From: Anaeramoeba ignava BMAN
Taxonomy: Eukaryota > Protista > Anaeramoebae
NCBI GenBank assembly: GCA_028826165.1
Contig: JAPDFW010000114.1
Span: 1 to 64,000 of the forward strand
Direction: 5' to 3'
Length of the DNA stretch: 64,000 bases
Shown piece by piece: positions 14,201 to 25,811 of this stretch (position 1 is its first letter; each line of letters opens with the position of its first letter). The notes under the pieces are model-generated. The model was not told the DNA's origin. It ran no database searches and was given only the letters and a program-made list of their open reading frames with translations. Made by a program: the position numbers and the translations under genes.

Positions 14201-14918
14201 CTGTTTGATTTCTAAATGTTTTGGCTTTAAGATCAAGTCCTTTTTCAATAAGAAATTCAATAACTTCAATGGAATTATTCCCACAAGCTAAATGTAAATT
14301 TGTTTGATTTCTTTCCATGACTTCATTAAGATCAAGTCCTTTTTCAATAAGAAATTCAATAACTTCAATAGAATTATTTTGACAAGCAAAATGTAAAGCT
14401 GTTTGATTTTTAATTGTTTTTGCTTTAAGATCAAGTCCTTTTTGAATAAGAAATTCAATCACTTCAAGTGAATTATTTTGACAAGCTAAATGCAAATTTG
14501 TCAATTGATTTTTTCGTAAAAGTGAAGAACCAAAAGTCTTTTCATTCAAATCAAGTCCTTTTTCAATAAGAAATTCAATCACTTCAAGCGAGCTATATTG
14601 AAAAGCTAAATTTAAAATTCCTTTTCCTTTTTTGTCTTTTGCATAAATGTTAATATTTTGGGAAATTAAAAAATTAAGTGTTTCAATCCCTAATTTATTC
14701 ATAACCGCAATATGTAATGCATTCATCCCTTTTTTATCCACTTGATTTTCATTTGTTCCTTTTGAAATTAATAATTCAATCATTTCTTTGGAAACTTTTT
14801 TTTCAATTGCAAAGTTTAAAATTGGTTTTTCGTTTTTCTCTAATTCTTTTTCTGAAATGAAATCAATTTTTTTCAATAATTCAATGTTATTTTGTTCAAT
14901 AATTTGCCAGATATTCAT
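11247..14918 (-). CDS. Intronless ankyrin-repeat protein (about 27 repeats) with C-terminal tandem BTB/POZ domains
   Basis: 1223-aa ORF with 33-34-aa TALHFAC...GxDxNAKT repeats, then FKVHKLILLTR and IKVHKIILILRSELFKGMF BTB motifs. Confidence 0.92.
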   Translation of the reverse strand: MNIWQIIEQNNIELLKKIDFISEKELEKNEKPILNFAIEKKVSKEMIELLISKGTNENQVDKKGMNALHIAVMNKLGIETLNFLISQNINIYAKDKKGKGILNLAFQYSSLEVIEFLIEKGLDLNEKTFGSSLLRKNQLTNLHLACQNNSLEVIEFLIQKGLDLKAKTIKNQTALHFACQNNSIEVIEFLIEKGLDLNEVMERNQTNLHLACGNNSIEVIEFLIEKGLDLKAKTFRNQTALHFACQNNSIEVIEFLIQKGLDLKAKTHQNQTALHFACKNNSIEVIEFLIKKGLDVNEKTNQNQTALHFACKNNSIEVIEFLIKKGLDVNEKTNQNRTALHLACGNNSNEVMRYLIEMGADVNAKTIWNESILHFGSQNTSLDMIKFLISKGCDFNEKTSYNETILHFACESKSTPEIVEFLIENQLDINTKSTYGETALHIACETNPSFEIIRLLVENGIDVHATTRANETALHFVCQYHSLEVVKFLIEKGLDIHAKTANDETILHRACRNNSLEVVKYLVESGVDIQAKTSENETALFSACQNISSLEIMRYLIGKGLDINAKNHGNETVLHYAFHNNSLEFVKYLVESGVDIQAKTSQNQTALHLASWENVSLEIIKYFVEKGLDIHEKTIRNETVLHLTCDNYPSLDAVKYLIESGVDVNAQTNINYTALHFVCQNSSPFEIVEYLVENGADVNAKTIHDQTILHYACQSASFRITKYLIEKGADINAKTNRNYTTLHFACQNKSLKTIQYLIENGIDINSRTNSNQTPLHSAFENSRKPKIVEYLIAKGADINAKTNNNSTILHFACQRRSTEFIRYLIEKGADVNAKTNQDETVLHLACLRGLPFDVIKYFVEKGVDINAKTTRDETALHFACRKSQSQTIQYLIEKGADIHAKTNQNQSALFFACYMNSSLEIIKYFIDNGADVDGLTHENSSPLSSSIRNGNGILIRLLLMSGATTSNLKEDQISKQFIQLFSQVYSFNQDLSNLLKSNGVFSDYQIQSIDSSRFKVHKLILLTRFDNNESILQKFVDICHEKSKTEVENAINFLYTGFVNFEEMYEQIVSKQNKTEENQKEEINPIPEFFKEIGFDSNWINQKKGIKGIIKDFGKLYERNETKDFTIIVEEKEIKVHKIILILRSELFKGMFQLNVQDSSNQVHDYSRKSFETIQELIYFLYHDKFSKEIKKEIIEEFLDLKDFYQLNPNSIIDLILRESNLN

Positions 14919-15210
14919 TTTTTTTTTTTGGAAATTTTTTCGAATTTGGAAAAGAGAAAAATGAAAAGAAAAAAATTTTTTTTCGATTTTAAATTTTAAT
15001 TTTAATTTTTGAAATGAATTTTGAATTTTAATTTTAAATTTGAATTTTAATTTTAATTTTAAATTTGAATTTTGAAATGAATTTTAATTTTAATTTTAAT
15101 TTTGATTTTGATTTTAATTTTAATTTTAATTTTAATTTTAATTTTAATTTTAATTTTAATTTTAATTTTAATTTTAATTTTAATTTTAATTTTAATTTTT
15201 AATTTTAATT

Positions 15211-16962
15211 TTAAATTTGATTATTAAATTTCTTAATTAATAAATCAAATAAATTTGGATTTGTTTGATTTAATTGAAAATAATCAATTCCAATTTGAAT
15301 TTCATCAATAATTTCTTTTGTAATTTGAATTTCATCTTTAATTTTATTTGAATAAATCCAATATTCAAATAATTGAAATGATTTATTACTTAATTCACTA
15401 TAATCTGTAACTTTATTTGATTTATCTTCTGTTACAGATAAAAACATTCCTCGATATAATTCACTTCTCATTATTAATATTAATTTTGGAAATTTATATT
15501 GTTTTTCTTTTCTTTCAATAATAAAATCTTTTTCATTTTCATTTAAATAAATTCTTTTCATTGTTTCTTCAATTTTTTCATTTGAATTTATAATTTCTTT
15601 AATTTCTGAATATAATTTTGGATTTATTATTCTGTTTGAATAAATCATTTCAAATATTTGATTTGATTCTTTAATTGATTTATTTGAAATAATTTCTTGA
15701 AGTTTTTTATATTGATTTTGATTTTGATTTAATCTATATTTCAATATTAATTTATGAGCTTCAATTATTTCTCCATTTTTTGTTTTAAATGAAATATCAC
15801 AAAATTCTTTTCTTCTAAATAATTTTATCAAATCTTCTTCGAGATTGGAAAAAGGAGAAAGAAAAGGAGAATAATAAAGAAATGATTTGAATTCTCCACA
15901 AGAAATATGATAATTGGAAATATCTTCATTAAATCTTAATTTAGGAAGTTCGATTTGAATTGGAATTCTTTGAATTTTTGTATCACCATTTCCTAATTGA
16001 CCATAATAATTATATCCAAAACCTATTAATTTTGAATTGGAAGTTAAAATCAAAGTATGATAATTTCCAACAGAAAATTCAAGAATATTATCATCATTTT
16101 CAAATAAAGATGATTTGATTTCAGTAAATTCATAAGTATCTTCATTTTTGCCAAGTCCATTATATCTAATTATTCCACATGAATAAAGTTTTCTTTTTGG
16201 ATTTTGATTTTGATCATCTTCTTCAATCAACATTATTGAATGAGAATCTGCACATTTAATATCAATTATTTTGCCTTTTGGAATATTTTGGATTTTGGTT
16301 AATTTTGGTATTTGTGAACCAACTGATTCTCCTAATCCAAGTTGACCATAATGATTATCACCACATCCAAATAATTCTTGATTTGAATTTAAAAGAAAAA
16401 CAAAATATGAAGAATTTCCTGAAAATATTTTAGAAACATTTTTCATCATTAAAATTGGTTTTTCTGTTTTATTAAGTGTTTTAGAATCAAAACCAAGTTG
16501 ACCAAAATAATTTGAACCAATTCCATAAGCATTTTGATTTGAAGTTAATAAGTAAATTGAACCAGATCCAGAAACAATATCTTTAATTATTCTATCATTT
16601 GTATCTTCAATTAATGATGAAATATTGATAAATTCATTTGGATTAATTTCTATCCCTTTTGCAAATACATTTCCTTCTATTGTTAAAATAGCTTCATTTC
16701 CATCACCAACAGATACTTTTTGAATATTTTCTTCAATTTGGATTTTTGAATGATTTTGAAATGAGTAATTTTTATTTGAATATTCTATTGCTTTTTCATT
16801 TTCAAAAAGGAAAATTGTTGAATAATTTCCTGATGAAATTTGTTTAATTTGTTTTTCATTTTCAATTTCAAATTTAAATTGAATTGGTTTTGTTATTATT
16901 TCTGTTTCATTTTTGATAAGTTCTGGATTTATATTGAAACCAAAAAATAAACAATCATTCAT
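15211..16962 (-). CDS. RCC1-repeat beta-propeller + tandem BTB protein (paralog A)
   Basis: 583-aa ORF with GxNxxGQLG and H-T/S-L/I RCC1 motifs, then AHKLILKYR and LILIMRSELYRGMF BTB motifs. Confidence 0.92.
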   Translation of the reverse strand: MNDCLFFGFNINPELIKNETEIITKPIQFKFEIENEKQIKQISSGNYSTIFLFENEKAIEYSNKNYSFQNHSKIQIEENIQKVSVGDGNEAILTIEGNVFAKGIEINPNEFINISSLIEDTNDRIIKDIVSGSGSIYLLTSNQNAYGIGSNYFGQLGFDSKTLNKTEKPILMMKNVSKIFSGNSSYFVFLLNSNQELFGCGDNHYGQLGLGESVGSQIPKLTKIQNIPKGKIIDIKCADSHSIMLIEEDDQNQNPKRKLYSCGIIRYNGLGKNEDTYEFTEIKSSLFENDDNILEFSVGNYHTLILTSNSKLIGFGYNYYGQLGNGDTKIQRIPIQIELPKLRFNEDISNYHISCGEFKSFLYYSPFLSPFSNLEEDLIKLFRRKEFCDISFKTKNGEIIEAHKLILKYRLNQNQNQYKKLQEIISNKSIKESNQIFEMIYSNRIINPKLYSEIKEIINSNEKIEETMKRIYLNENEKDFIIERKEKQYKFPKLILIMRSELYRGMFLSVTEDKSNKVTDYSELSNKSFQLFEYWIYSNKIKDEIQITKEIIDEIQIGIDYFQLNQTNPNLFDLLIKKFNNQI

Positions 16963-17033
16963 TTTGTTTTTTTATTTTTTATTTTTTAGCTTTTTTGAAA
17001 AGAAAAAAATGAAAAAATAATTTTTGGAATTTT

Positions 17034-17741
17034 TTGATTTTAATTTTGATTTTAATTTTAATTTTAATTTTAATTTTAATTTTAATTTTAATTTTGATTT
17101 TAATTTTAATTTTAATTTTAATTTTAATTTTAAATTTGAATTTTGAAATGAATTTTAATTTTAATTTTAATTTTAATTTTAATTTTAATTTTGAAATGAA
17201 TTTGAATTTTAATTTTAATTTTAATTTTTAATTTTAATTTTAATTTTAATTTTAATTTTAATTTTAATTTTAATTTTAATTTTAATTTTAATTTTAAATT
17301 TTGATTTTAATTTTAATTTTGATTTTAATTTTAATTTTGATTTTAATTTTGATTTTAATTTTAAATTTTGAAATGATTTTGATTTTAATTTTAATTTTGA
17401 TTTTGATTTTAATTTTAATTTTGATTTTGATTTTAATTTTAATTTTAATTTTAATTTTAATTTTAATTTTAATTTTAATTTTGATTTTAATTTTGATTTT
17501 GATTTTAATTTTAATTTTAATTTTAATTTTAATTTTAATTTTAATTTTGAATTTTAATTTTAATTTTAATTTTAATTTTTAATTTTGAAATGAATTTGAA
17601 TTTTAATTTTAATTTTGATTTTAATTTGAATTTTAATTTTAATTTTGATTTAATTTTAATTTTAATTTTGAATTTGAATTTTGAAATGAATTTTAATTTT
17701 AATTTTGAATTTAAATTTTAATTTTGATTTTAATTTAAATT
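17034..17741. repeat. Hexamer microsatellite (TTTTAA/TTTTGA) between the RCC1-BTB paralogs
   Basis: Read directly; the same array lies at about 14990-15210. Confidence 0.9.
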
Positions 17742-19511
17742 TTAATTTTGATTTTGATTTTGATTTTGATTTTGATTATTAAATTTCTTAATTAATAAAT
17801 CAAATAAATTTGGATTTGTTTGATTTAATTGAAAATAATCAATTCCAGTTTCTAATTCATCAATAATTTCTTGTGTAATTTCAATTCCATCTTTGATTTG
17901 ATTTGAATAAATCCAATATTCAAATATTTGGAATGATTTATTACTTAATTCACTATAATCTGTAACTTTATTTGATTTATCTTCTGTTACAGATAAAAAC
18001 ATTCCTCGATATAATTCACTTCTCATTATTAATATTAATTTTGGAAATTTATATTGTTTTTCTTTTCTTTCAATTATAATAAAATATTTTTCATTTTCAT
18101 TTTCATTTAAATAAATTCTTTTCATTGTTTCTTCAATTTTTTCATTGGAATTTATAATTTCTTTAATTTCTGAATATAATTTTGGATTTATTATTCTGTT
18201 TGAATAAATCATTTCAAATATTTGATTTGATTCTTTAATTGATTTATTTGAAATAATTTCTTGAAGTTTTTCAATTTCATTTTCATTTTGATTTAATCTA
18301 TATTTCAATATTAATTTATGAGCTTCGATTATTTCTCCATTTTCTGTTTTAAATGAAATATTACAAAATTCTTTTCTTCTAAATAATTTTATCAAATCTT
18401 CTTCAAGATTGGAAAAAGAAGGAGAATAATAAATAAATGAATTGGAATATCCACAATGAAGATGATAATTGGAAATATTTTCATTAAATCTTAATTTAGA
18501 AAGTTCAATTTGAATCGGAATTAATTGATTTTTTGTATCTCCAGTTCCTAATTGGCTTGAATTATTTAAACCAAATCCTATTAATTTTGAGTTGAATGTT
18601 AAAATCAAAGTATGAGAATCTCCAACAGAAATTTCAAGAATATTATCATCATTTTCAAATAAAGATGATTTAATTTCAGTAAATTCACAAGTATGTTCAT
18701 ATTCATCTTTGCCAAGTCCATTATATTCAGAATGCCCACATGAATAAAGTTTTCTTTTTGGATTTTCATTTTGATCATCTTCTTCAATCAACATTACTGA
18801 ATTATTAGTTCCACATTGAATATCAATTATTTTACCTTTTGGAATATTTTGGATTTTGGTTAATTTATTGATTTCTGCTTCTTTTCTTGATTCTCCTAAT
18901 CCAAGTTGACCATAATGATTATATCCGCATCCAAATAATTCTTGATTTGAATTTAAAAGAAAAACATAATTTGAAGTATTCCCTGAAAATATTTTAGAAA
19001 TATTTTTCATCATTAAAATTGGTTTTTCTTCTTTTTTTGCAATTTGAAAACCAAGTTGATAAGAATAATTTGAACCAATTCCATAAGCATTTTGATTTGA
19101 AGTTAATAAGTAAATTGAATAAGCTCCAGAAACAATATCTTGAATTATTCTATCATTTGGATCTTCAATTAATGATGAAATATTGATAAATTCATTTGGA
19201 TTTTTTGGATTGATTTCATATCCTTTGGCAAATACATTTCCTTCTTTTGTTAAAATAGCTACATTTTGATAACCAATAGTTACTTTTTGAATATTTTCAA
19301 TTTGGATTTTTGAAGGATTTTGATTTGAATATTCTATTGCTTTTCCATTTTTAAAAAGGAAAATTGTTGATAAACCTCCTGATGAAATTTGTTTAATTTG
19401 TTTTTCATTTTCAATTTCAAATTTAAATTGAATTGGTTTTGCTATTTCATTTGGTTCACTTTTTAAAAGAATTTGCTTTTTATTTGAACCAAAAAATATA
19501 ATTTCATTCAT
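17742..19511 (-). CDS. RCC1-repeat + tandem BTB protein (paralog B)
   Basis: 589-aa ORF highly similar to paralog A, with a near-identical 5' flank. Confidence 0.92.
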   Translation of the reverse strand: MNEIIFFGSNKKQILLKSEPNEIAKPIQFKFEIENEKQIKQISSGGLSTIFLFKNGKAIEYSNQNPSKIQIENIQKVTIGYQNVAILTKEGNVFAKGYEINPKNPNEFINISSLIEDPNDRIIQDIVSGAYSIYLLTSNQNAYGIGSNYSYQLGFQIAKKEEKPILMMKNISKIFSGNTSNYVFLLNSNQELFGCGYNHYGQLGLGESRKEAEINKLTKIQNIPKGKIIDIQCGTNNSVMLIEEDDQNENPKRKLYSCGHSEYNGLGKDEYEHTCEFTEIKSSLFENDDNILEISVGDSHTLILTFNSKLIGFGLNNSSQLGTGDTKNQLIPIQIELSKLRFNENISNYHLHCGYSNSFIYYSPSFSNLEEDLIKLFRRKEFCNISFKTENGEIIEAHKLILKYRLNQNENEIEKLQEIISNKSIKESNQIFEMIYSNRIINPKLYSEIKEIINSNEKIEETMKRIYLNENENEKYFIIIERKEKQYKFPKLILIMRSELYRGMFLSVTEDKSNKVTDYSELSNKSFQIFEYWIYSNQIKDGIEITQEIIDELETGIDYFQLNQTNPNLFDLLIKKFNNQNQNQNQNQN

Positions 19512-19617
19512 TTTGTTTTTTTATTTTTTATTTTTTAGCTTTTTTGAAAAGAAAAAAATGAAAAAATAATTTTGGAATTTTTTGATTTTAATTTTGATTT
19601 TAATTTTAATTTTAATT

Positions 19618-19945
19618 TTAATTTTGATTTTGATTATTAATTTTGTTAATTAATAAATCAAATAAATTTGGATTTGTTTGATTTAATTGAAAATAATCAA
19701 TTCCAATTTGAATTTCATTAATTATTTCTTGTGTAATTTGAATTTCATCTTTAATTTGATTTGAATAAATCCAATATTCAAATATTTGAAATGATTTATT
19801 ACTTAATTCACTATAATCTGTAACTTTATTAGAAGTATCATTTGTAACAGATAAAAACATTCCTCGATATAATTCACTTCTCATTATTAATATTAATTTT
19901 GGGAAATTTATATTGTTTTTCTTTTCTTTCAATAATAAAATATTT
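19618..19945 (-). pseudogene. 5'-truncated RCC1-BTB fragment (last BTB domain only)
   Basis: FPKLILIMRSELYRGMFLSV...QTNPNLFDLL is nearly identical to the paralog C-termini; upstream is non-coding AT-rich DNA and there is a frameshift near 19900. Confidence 0.8.
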
Positions 19946-20897
19946 TCATTAATTTATTTCAAAAATGGAATAAAGAATATTAAATGATTAGATTTAAAAT
20001 TAATTTTATTTTATATATTTTATTAATATTTCTTTATTTAAAATAATATAAAATTATTCCCAATAATTTAATAAAATTGAAAAAATAATTGAAATATTTT
20101 AATAAAGATAAATATTTAATTTTAATAATATTTAATAATAATTTAATTTAAATTTATTTTAATTTAATTTGATTTAATATTTTTATTTATTATATTAATA
20201 TTTTTAATTATTTATTATTTCAATTTTAATTATAATAAAATATATTAAAAAAAGTGGAATAAATATTTTAATAAAGATAAATATTTAATTTTAATAATAT
20301 TTAATAATAATTTAATTTAAATTGATTTTATTTTAATTTAATATAATATTTTTATTTATTATATTAATATTTTTGATTATTTATTATTTCAATTTTAATT
20401 ATAATAAAATATATTAAAAAATAAAATTAAAAAATTAAAAAATTTTAAATAAATTGAATTTAACATGATTGAATAAGATAAACTTTCTAAAAAAATAATT
20501 TACTAATTATTCTATTTTTTGATTTTGATTATAATTTATTAATATTTAAATATTAATTAATAATAAATTTTATTTGATTTTTTTTATTTTAATATTTTAA
20601 TTAATGAATTTAAATTTAATTATTATTAATTTCTATTTTCAATTTTTATTTTTATTTATTATATTAAAAATATTCAATTTTTTAAAATTTATTATTTTTT
20701 TTTTTTTGGATTATTTTTTATTAATTAAATTTTTAATAAATATTTTAAATTAAAATTAAATTATTTAAAATTTAAATTTGTTTCTTATTTATTATTTTAA
20801 AGAAATTAATTTGATTAAAATTAAATTAAAATTGAATTAAATTTTGAAAAAAAAAATTAAAAAAAAAAAGTTTGATTTTCTTATTATTAATTAATTT

Positions 20898-22699
20898 TTA
20901 AATAAAATAAGATTCAAGTTCATCAACAACCCATTTATCATGAGAACCAGCTAAATAACTTCTAGCTTCATCTGTATCATATTTAATTCCATTAGGTGGA
21001 TTATAATTATAACCAAAATTCTGAATAACCAGGTTGTAAATTAGAATCTAATTTAATATCAGGATAAACACCACCAAACCATGGACCCCACTTTGAACCA
21101 TAAAGTGATTTTGAATAAATTGCATATTGAGGTTCTTTAATTGTGAATTTTTCTGGCTTTCTATCCCCTTTATCATTTCTTAATGAAAAAATAAATGCAT
21201 TTGGATCTCGAATATATACTGTATCTGAATCTGAATCTGAATCTCGAATATATCCTGAATTTGAATCTCGAATATATCCTGTATCTGAATCTGAATCTGA
21301 ATATGAATCTGAATATGAATCTGAATCTGAATCTGAATCTGAATCTGAATCTGAATCTGAATCTGAATCTGAATCTGAATCTGAATCTGAATCTAAAAAT
21401 GTGTCATTCCGTTTAAATTTATCATTTTTAAATCCAACTTGAGTAAAACCTCCAAAAATAAAATTATCTTTTGTTTTGATAATAACTAATGTTTTTCCTT
21501 TTCCATCAACTTTATCATGCCATCTATGAGAATCAAATCCATCTCTTTTTGCTGAAAATCCTTTTTTCATTTTAGAAAAAAAATCATTATCATTTATCCA
21601 TTCTTGTAATTTCTTAACATATTCAATATCTGTAATAATTTCTGAATCTGAAAATTGAGGAAAATTCTTTTTGATTGGTTCCAATTTCTTTTCAAATTCC
21701 AAATCTTTTTGATATTGTTCTCCATATTCATCAAAAGCAGGTTTCATTTTCTCAACTTCTTTCTTCCATTTATCTACATTTTCTTTGTTTTTATCTTCAA
21801 CTTCTTTGTTTTCAATTTCCTTCTCTTTTTCTTCAATTTCTTTTTGATTATCTTGAATAACTTTGTTTTGAATATCAACTAAAAAAGATTTAGAAAGAAA
21901 AAAATCAAATTGTTTTAATTTATCAAAATCTTGTTTTGAAATTGAATATTTATCAAATAATGAAAAAAAAGAATGAAATAATCTTTTCTTTTCAATTCCC
22001 TTTTCTTTTTCTTTCTTTCCTTTTAATCTTTCATTTCTTTTTTCAATCCAATTATTTAAAAATTGAAAAAAATCAAATTGAAAAATTTCTTTTTTTTCTT
22101 GTTTAAATTGAATAAATTTGTTAATTTCTTCTTTAGTTAAATTGAATAAATTTTCATTATTTTGAATTTGGGAAAAATTTTGATTTATTAATTCAAAACA
22201 TTTTATTTCAATTTCATTTGAATTTAAATTTCGATTTTGGAATAAAAATTGGAAAAAATTTGAATAATTAATTGAATTTGAAATTTTTTTTTGAATAATT
22301 TCTTTCAATAAATTTAATTTAAAATAAATTGAAATTCCCAATAATTGGATAAGATTTTCTTGATTCTCAAAAGAAATATTTCCATAATAAATATAACTCA
22401 AAATTGATTCCATTTCTTTTTTATTAAATTGTTTTAAAAAAATAGAAAGAGATTCTTGCCTTAATGATTCATTAAAAAAAGGAGATCTTGAAGATAAAAT
22501 TGATTTATGAACTTTAATTTCAAAAGTATTTGATTTATTCTCAACAAAAATTGAAAAATCTTTAAATGAATTTCCATTTAAAAGGTTTGAATAATCTTTA
22601 ATTAAATTTTTTGTTACTTTTTTTTTCTAAATTTTTCATTTCATTTTCATTTTCATTTTCATTTGCATTTTGAATTTGGTTATTATCATTGTTATCCAT
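20898..22699 (-). CDS. BTB-BACK-like, coiled coil and TLDc domain protein with a (DS)n insertion; apparent homopolymer frameshifts near 22630 and 21016
   Basis: Upstream frame gives KDFSIFVE...KVHKSILSSRSPFF (BTB). TLDc motifs FSAKRDGF...KGKTLVIIKT...FGGFT...AFIFSL...GPWFG continue after -1 as GYNYNPP...YLAGSHDKWVVDELESYFI*. Confidence 0.8.
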
Positions 22700-23099
22700 T
22701 TTGCTTTTTGTTTTTGTTTTTGTTTTTTGTTTTTGTGTTTTAAAAAAAAAGGAAAAAAATGAAAAAAAAATTTAAAAAAAAAATGAAAAAAAAAAGTGGA
22801 TTTTGAAAATAAATAAAAATATAAAAAATGAGAATAAATTTAAATTAATAATTAATTTAATTTTCTTTTTAATTTATTATTTTAAATTAATTTATTAATA
22901 AATTATTATTATTTTTTATTAATTTTTTTTATTAAAAAAAAAGGAAAATTATTTTAATTTAATTTTTAATTTAATTTTTTTTTTGGAATTTAAAAATTAT
23001 TAATAAATTTAAATTTAAAAACAAATTTCCAAATTAATATTAATTCAATTTAATTCAAAAAAAAAGATAAAATTTTAATTTCAAAAAAATCAATTTTCA

Positions 23100-23750
23100 A
23101 AATATTTTTAAATAATAAAATATTTAAATCTAAAACATTAAATTATTATTTTAATAATAAAATTAAATATTAAATTATATTTTTAAATTGATTTATAAAT
23201 TAAATATTAAATTAAATCTATTCTTATTTTTATATTTATATGTTAAAATATTTAAATAATAAAATATTTAAATCTAAAACATTAAATTATTATTTTAAAC
23301 ATAGAATTAAATATTAAATTATATTTTAAATTAATTTATAAATTAAATATTAAATTAAATCTATTCTTATTTTTATATTTATATGTTAAATATTTAAATA
23401 ATAAAATATTTAAATTTAAAACATTAAATTATTATTTTAAAATAAAATTAAATATTAAATTATATTTTTAAATTATTTTATAAATTAAATATTAAATCAA
23501 ATCTATTCTTATTTTTTATATTTATATGTTAAATATTTAAATAATAAAATATTTAATTCTAAAACATTAAATTATTATTTTAATAATAAAATTAAATATT
23601 AAATTATATTTTTAAATTAATTTATAAATTAAATATTAAATTAAATCTATTCTTAATTTTTATTTTGATTTATATGTTAAATATTTAAATATTTAATTCT
23701 AAAACATTAAATTATTATTTTTTTTAATATTTTAATTAAATATTAAATTA
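23100..23750. repeat. About 143-bp AT-rich minisatellite, roughly 4.5 copies
   Basis: The marker AATCTATTCTT recurs at about 23215, 23359, 23500 and 23644. Confidence 0.85.
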
Positions 23751-23788
23751 AATCAATTTTAATTTTGATTTTGATTTTAATTTTGATT

Positions 23789-25708
23789 TTAATTTTGATT
23801 TTGATTATTAAATTTGTTAATTAATAAATCAAATAAATTTGGATTTGTTTGATTTAATTGAAAATAATCAATTCCAGTTTCTAATTCATCAATTATTTCT
23901 TGTGTAATTTCAATTTCATCTTTGATTTGATTTGAATAAATCCAATATTCAAATATTTCAAATGATTTATTACTTAATTCACTATAATCTGTAACTTTAT
24001 TAGAAGTATCTTCAGTTACAGATAAAAACATTCCTCGATATAATTCACTTCTCATTATTAATATTAATTTAGGAAATTTATATTGTTTTTCTTTTCTTTC
24101 AATAATAAAATCTTTTTCATTTTCATTTTCATTTAAGTAAATTCTTTTCATTGTTTCTTCAATTTTTTCATTTGAATTTATAATTTCTTTAATTTCAAAA
24201 TATAATTTTGGATTTATTATTCTGTTTGAATAAATCATTTCAAATATTTGATTTGATTCTTTAATTGATTTTTTGAAATAATTTCTTTAAGTTTTTTATA
24301 TTGATTTTGATTTTGATTTAATCTATATTTCAATATTAATTTATGAGATTCAATTATTTCTCCATTTTTGGTTTTAAATGAAATATCACAAAATTCTTTT
24401 CTTCTAAATAGTTTTATTAAATCTTCTTCAAGATTGGAAAAAGGAGACATATGAGAATAATAAAGAAATGAATTGTTCCAGTGTCCACAATAAACATGAT
24501 AATTGGAAATATTTTCATTAAATCTTAATTTAGGAAGTTCAATTTGAATCGGAATTAATTGACTTTTTGTATCTCCAGTTCCTAATTCACCATATAAATT
24601 CGCACCAAATCCTATTAAATTTTCATTAGAAGTTAAAATCAAGGTATGCTCATTTCCAACAGAAAAATCAAGAATATTATCATTTTCAAATAAAGATGAT
24701 TTGATTTCAGTAAATATTTTTGTATTTATTTCATCTTCTTTGCCAAGTCCATTATATTGATAATTTCCACATGAATAAAGTTTTCTTTTTGGATTTTGAT
24801 TTTGATCATCTTCTTCAATCAACATTATTGAATGAAATACTCCACATTGAATATCAATTATTTCACCTTTTGGAATATTTTGGATTTTGGTTAATTTTTT
24901 GATTTTTGAACCAACTGATTTTCCTAATCCAAGTTGACCATAATAATTATATCCGCATCCAAATAATTCTTGATTTGAATTTCAAAAGAAAAACGCTTTT
25001 TGAAGAATTTCCTGAAAATATTTTAGAAACATTTTTCATCATTAAAATTGGTTTTTGTGTTTTTTTTGGTGTTTCCAAACCAAGTTGACAGTAAAAATTA
25101 GAACCAATTCCATAAACATTTTGATTTGAAGTTAATAAGTAAATTGAATTAAAACCAGAAACAATATCTTGAATTATTCTATCATTTGTATCTTCAATTA
25201 ATGATGAAATATTGATAAATTCTTTTATATTTTTTGGAATTATTTCTTTTTCTTTGGCAAATACATTTCCTTCTTTTGTTAAAATAGCTTCATTTTCAAA
25301 ACCAACAGTTACTTTTTGAATATTTTCAATTTGGATTTTTTGAGGATTTTGATTTGGATCTTTTGAGTATAGAATTGCTTTTCCATTTGTAAAAAGACAA
25401 ATTAAAGAGTAAATTGAAGAAGAAAATTGTTTAATTTGTTTTTCATTTTCATTTTGATTTTCATTTTCATTTTCATTTTGATTTTGATTTTGATTTTGAT
25501 TTTGATTTTCATTTTGATTTTCATTTTGATTTTCAAGTTGAAGTTGAATTGGTTTTGTTATTATTTTTGAATCATTTTTTAAAAATTTTTGTAATTTGTT
25601 TTCACCAAAAAAGAAAATATCATTCATTTGGTTTGTATTTGAATTTTTATTTGAATTTGTATTTGAATTTGTATTTGAATTTTTATTTGTGTTTGTATTT
25701 GTATTCAT
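23789..25708 (-). CDS. RCC1-repeat + tandem BTB protein (paralog C); two frameshifts (near 24980 and 24270), assembly error or pseudogene
   Basis: Three consecutive ORFs are colinear with paralogs A and B; both breaks are in A-homopolymers. Confidence 0.8.
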
Positions 25709-25811
25709 TTTTAATTTTTGTAAACAAAACAAAAAATAAAAAGAAAAAAATGAAAAAAAATTTTTCTCTTTTTTTCTTGTTGATCATTTTTTTTTAATTA
25801 GAATTTTGGAT

